NCBI GenBank assembly: GCA_963662545.2
Contig: CAXXLL010000003.1
Span: 896,001 to 960,000, forward strand
Length of the DNA stretch: 64,000 bases
Direction of reading: 5' to 3'
From: Gammaproteobacteria bacterium
Lineage (GTDB): Bacteria > Pseudomonadota > Gammaproteobacteria > Ga0077536
The notes beneath the pieces were generated by a model. It saw nothing but the letters and a program-made list of their open reading frames with translations, was not told where the DNA came from and searched no databases. A program made the translations under genes and the position numbers. Numbering within the stretch: position 1 is the stretch's first letter; each line of letters opens with the position of its first letter. Of the stretch, positions 62,927-64,000 are shown piece by piece.

Positions 62927-63850
62927 ATGTTAACCGCAGTTGATAGCCCAACTTCAGCGCTTTCGGATCCTATTTTAAAAAGAAGTGAGAATATTTTTCC
63001 AAATTTGGAACTCCGTTTCGATAAATCAGCAGGAATCCTGTGGAAATTTCTCGCCCCAAATTCAACTCCTTATTTTTCCCACGAGCAACTTAGTGACATT
63101 CGCGCCGTCCAAGCAGCAATAAGTGATGGGACGCGTTTGGATTTACCAGGTTACGAAGCTGATAACGTGAAATTCGTAGTTTTTGGATCGAAGATCCGTG
63201 AAATCTTTAGCCTTGGCGGTGATCTACAATTGTTTAGAGATCTAATTGCAAACGCGAAACAGGCCTTCAGTTCTACGCGAAAAAGGCGACCGACGCGATT
63301 TTCTGCCACGCCGCTAATTCCAGAAACATCCTCACATTTTCGTTAGTTCAAGGGAGCGCAATGGGGGGGGGGATTTGAGGCAGCTTTAGCCGGAAACATT
63401 CTTGTCGCAGAACGGGGAACGAGACTCGGTTTCCCCGAGGTCTTGTTCGGCCTATTTCCTGGAATGGGGGCCTATACTTTACTCCGCAGGCGCGTGGATA
63501 CGGTAACAGCCGAAAAAATCATTTTGAGCGCCAAAAATTATCCGGCAGAAGAACTTCATAGATTAGGTATCGTTGATATTCTCGCGGATCCCGGAAAGGG
63601 GGTAAATGAAATCTACGGATATATTTCTCGCCAAAAAGGACAGCCTGGTGCTGCTGCTTTTAGAAAAGCTTTGAACCGAGTCCGTGTCATCGATCATGAT
63701 GAAATCTATACGATCGCCGATGAATGGGTTAACGCGGCGATGGAACTCCCGCTTCAATATCTTCGCCGCATTGAACGGCTCATTTCTAATCAACGCAAAA
63801 GTTACCCGAAATACAAATCTATAAGCACGGTTGATATCAAGATGATTTAG
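62927..63850 (+). pseudogene. RpfF/DSF-synthase-like crotonase, doubly frameshifted
   Basis: FSLGGDL, LVQGSAMGGGFEAAL and GFPEVLFGLFPGMGA split across frames. Confidence 0.8.
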
Positions 63851-64000
63851 GACTGTATAAATAGATGAACCAGGTACTTTATAAAGCTGGGCAGAAACTA
63901 TATCTGCCCAGCTTTTACTACGAGTTATAACTGAATCTGGTGTTTGAGCGAATTGAATAAAGGCGGCGTATCTGGTTGAAATGTTGTTACCAAGCAGCAA

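Noticed and set aside
63563-64000. Minus-strand ORF at the window edge
   Set aside because: Overlaps the RpfF-like gene extensively, is cut by the window edge and shows no motif.

Overview
Gammaproteobacterial-type chromosome window in two parts. Positions ~37.35-62.7 kb are core genome: tadA-guaA-guaB, xseA, lipA-lipB-ybeD, sixA, an ABC-2 transporter, a PilZ protein, dat-dacA-rlpA-mltB-rodA-mrdA-mreDCB and gatCAB. A frameshifted RpfF-like gene follows, and three 162-bp IS5-type MITEs are present. Positions 1-37.3 kb are an accessory island cut into 1-5-gene modules by 14 co-oriented copies of an intergenic repeat of up to ~145 bp. Each repeat is built from three phased palindromic subsites (A, B, C; 7-bp arms, 10-11-bp spacers), and the B-to-C distance is exactly 58 bp in all 11 copies that carry both. 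Different mobile elements hit specific subsites. Three IS1182 copies and two MITEs sit in the GACC core of C, two other MITEs sit in the GGCC core of A, and a tyrosine-recombinase + IS91/Y2-transposase element splits an A palindrome. The cargo includes two genuine integron cassettes with an attC, redox enzymes, decayed genes, a VPLPA/PEP-CTERM protein and a Tat-signal protein with 27 His-x-Asp repeats behind a sigma54/PrsR-type promoter. The best candidate for an undescribed system is this integron-like, non-attC cassette array and its associated recombinase/HUH element. Coordinates were counted by hand and may be off by a few bases; no database searches were run.
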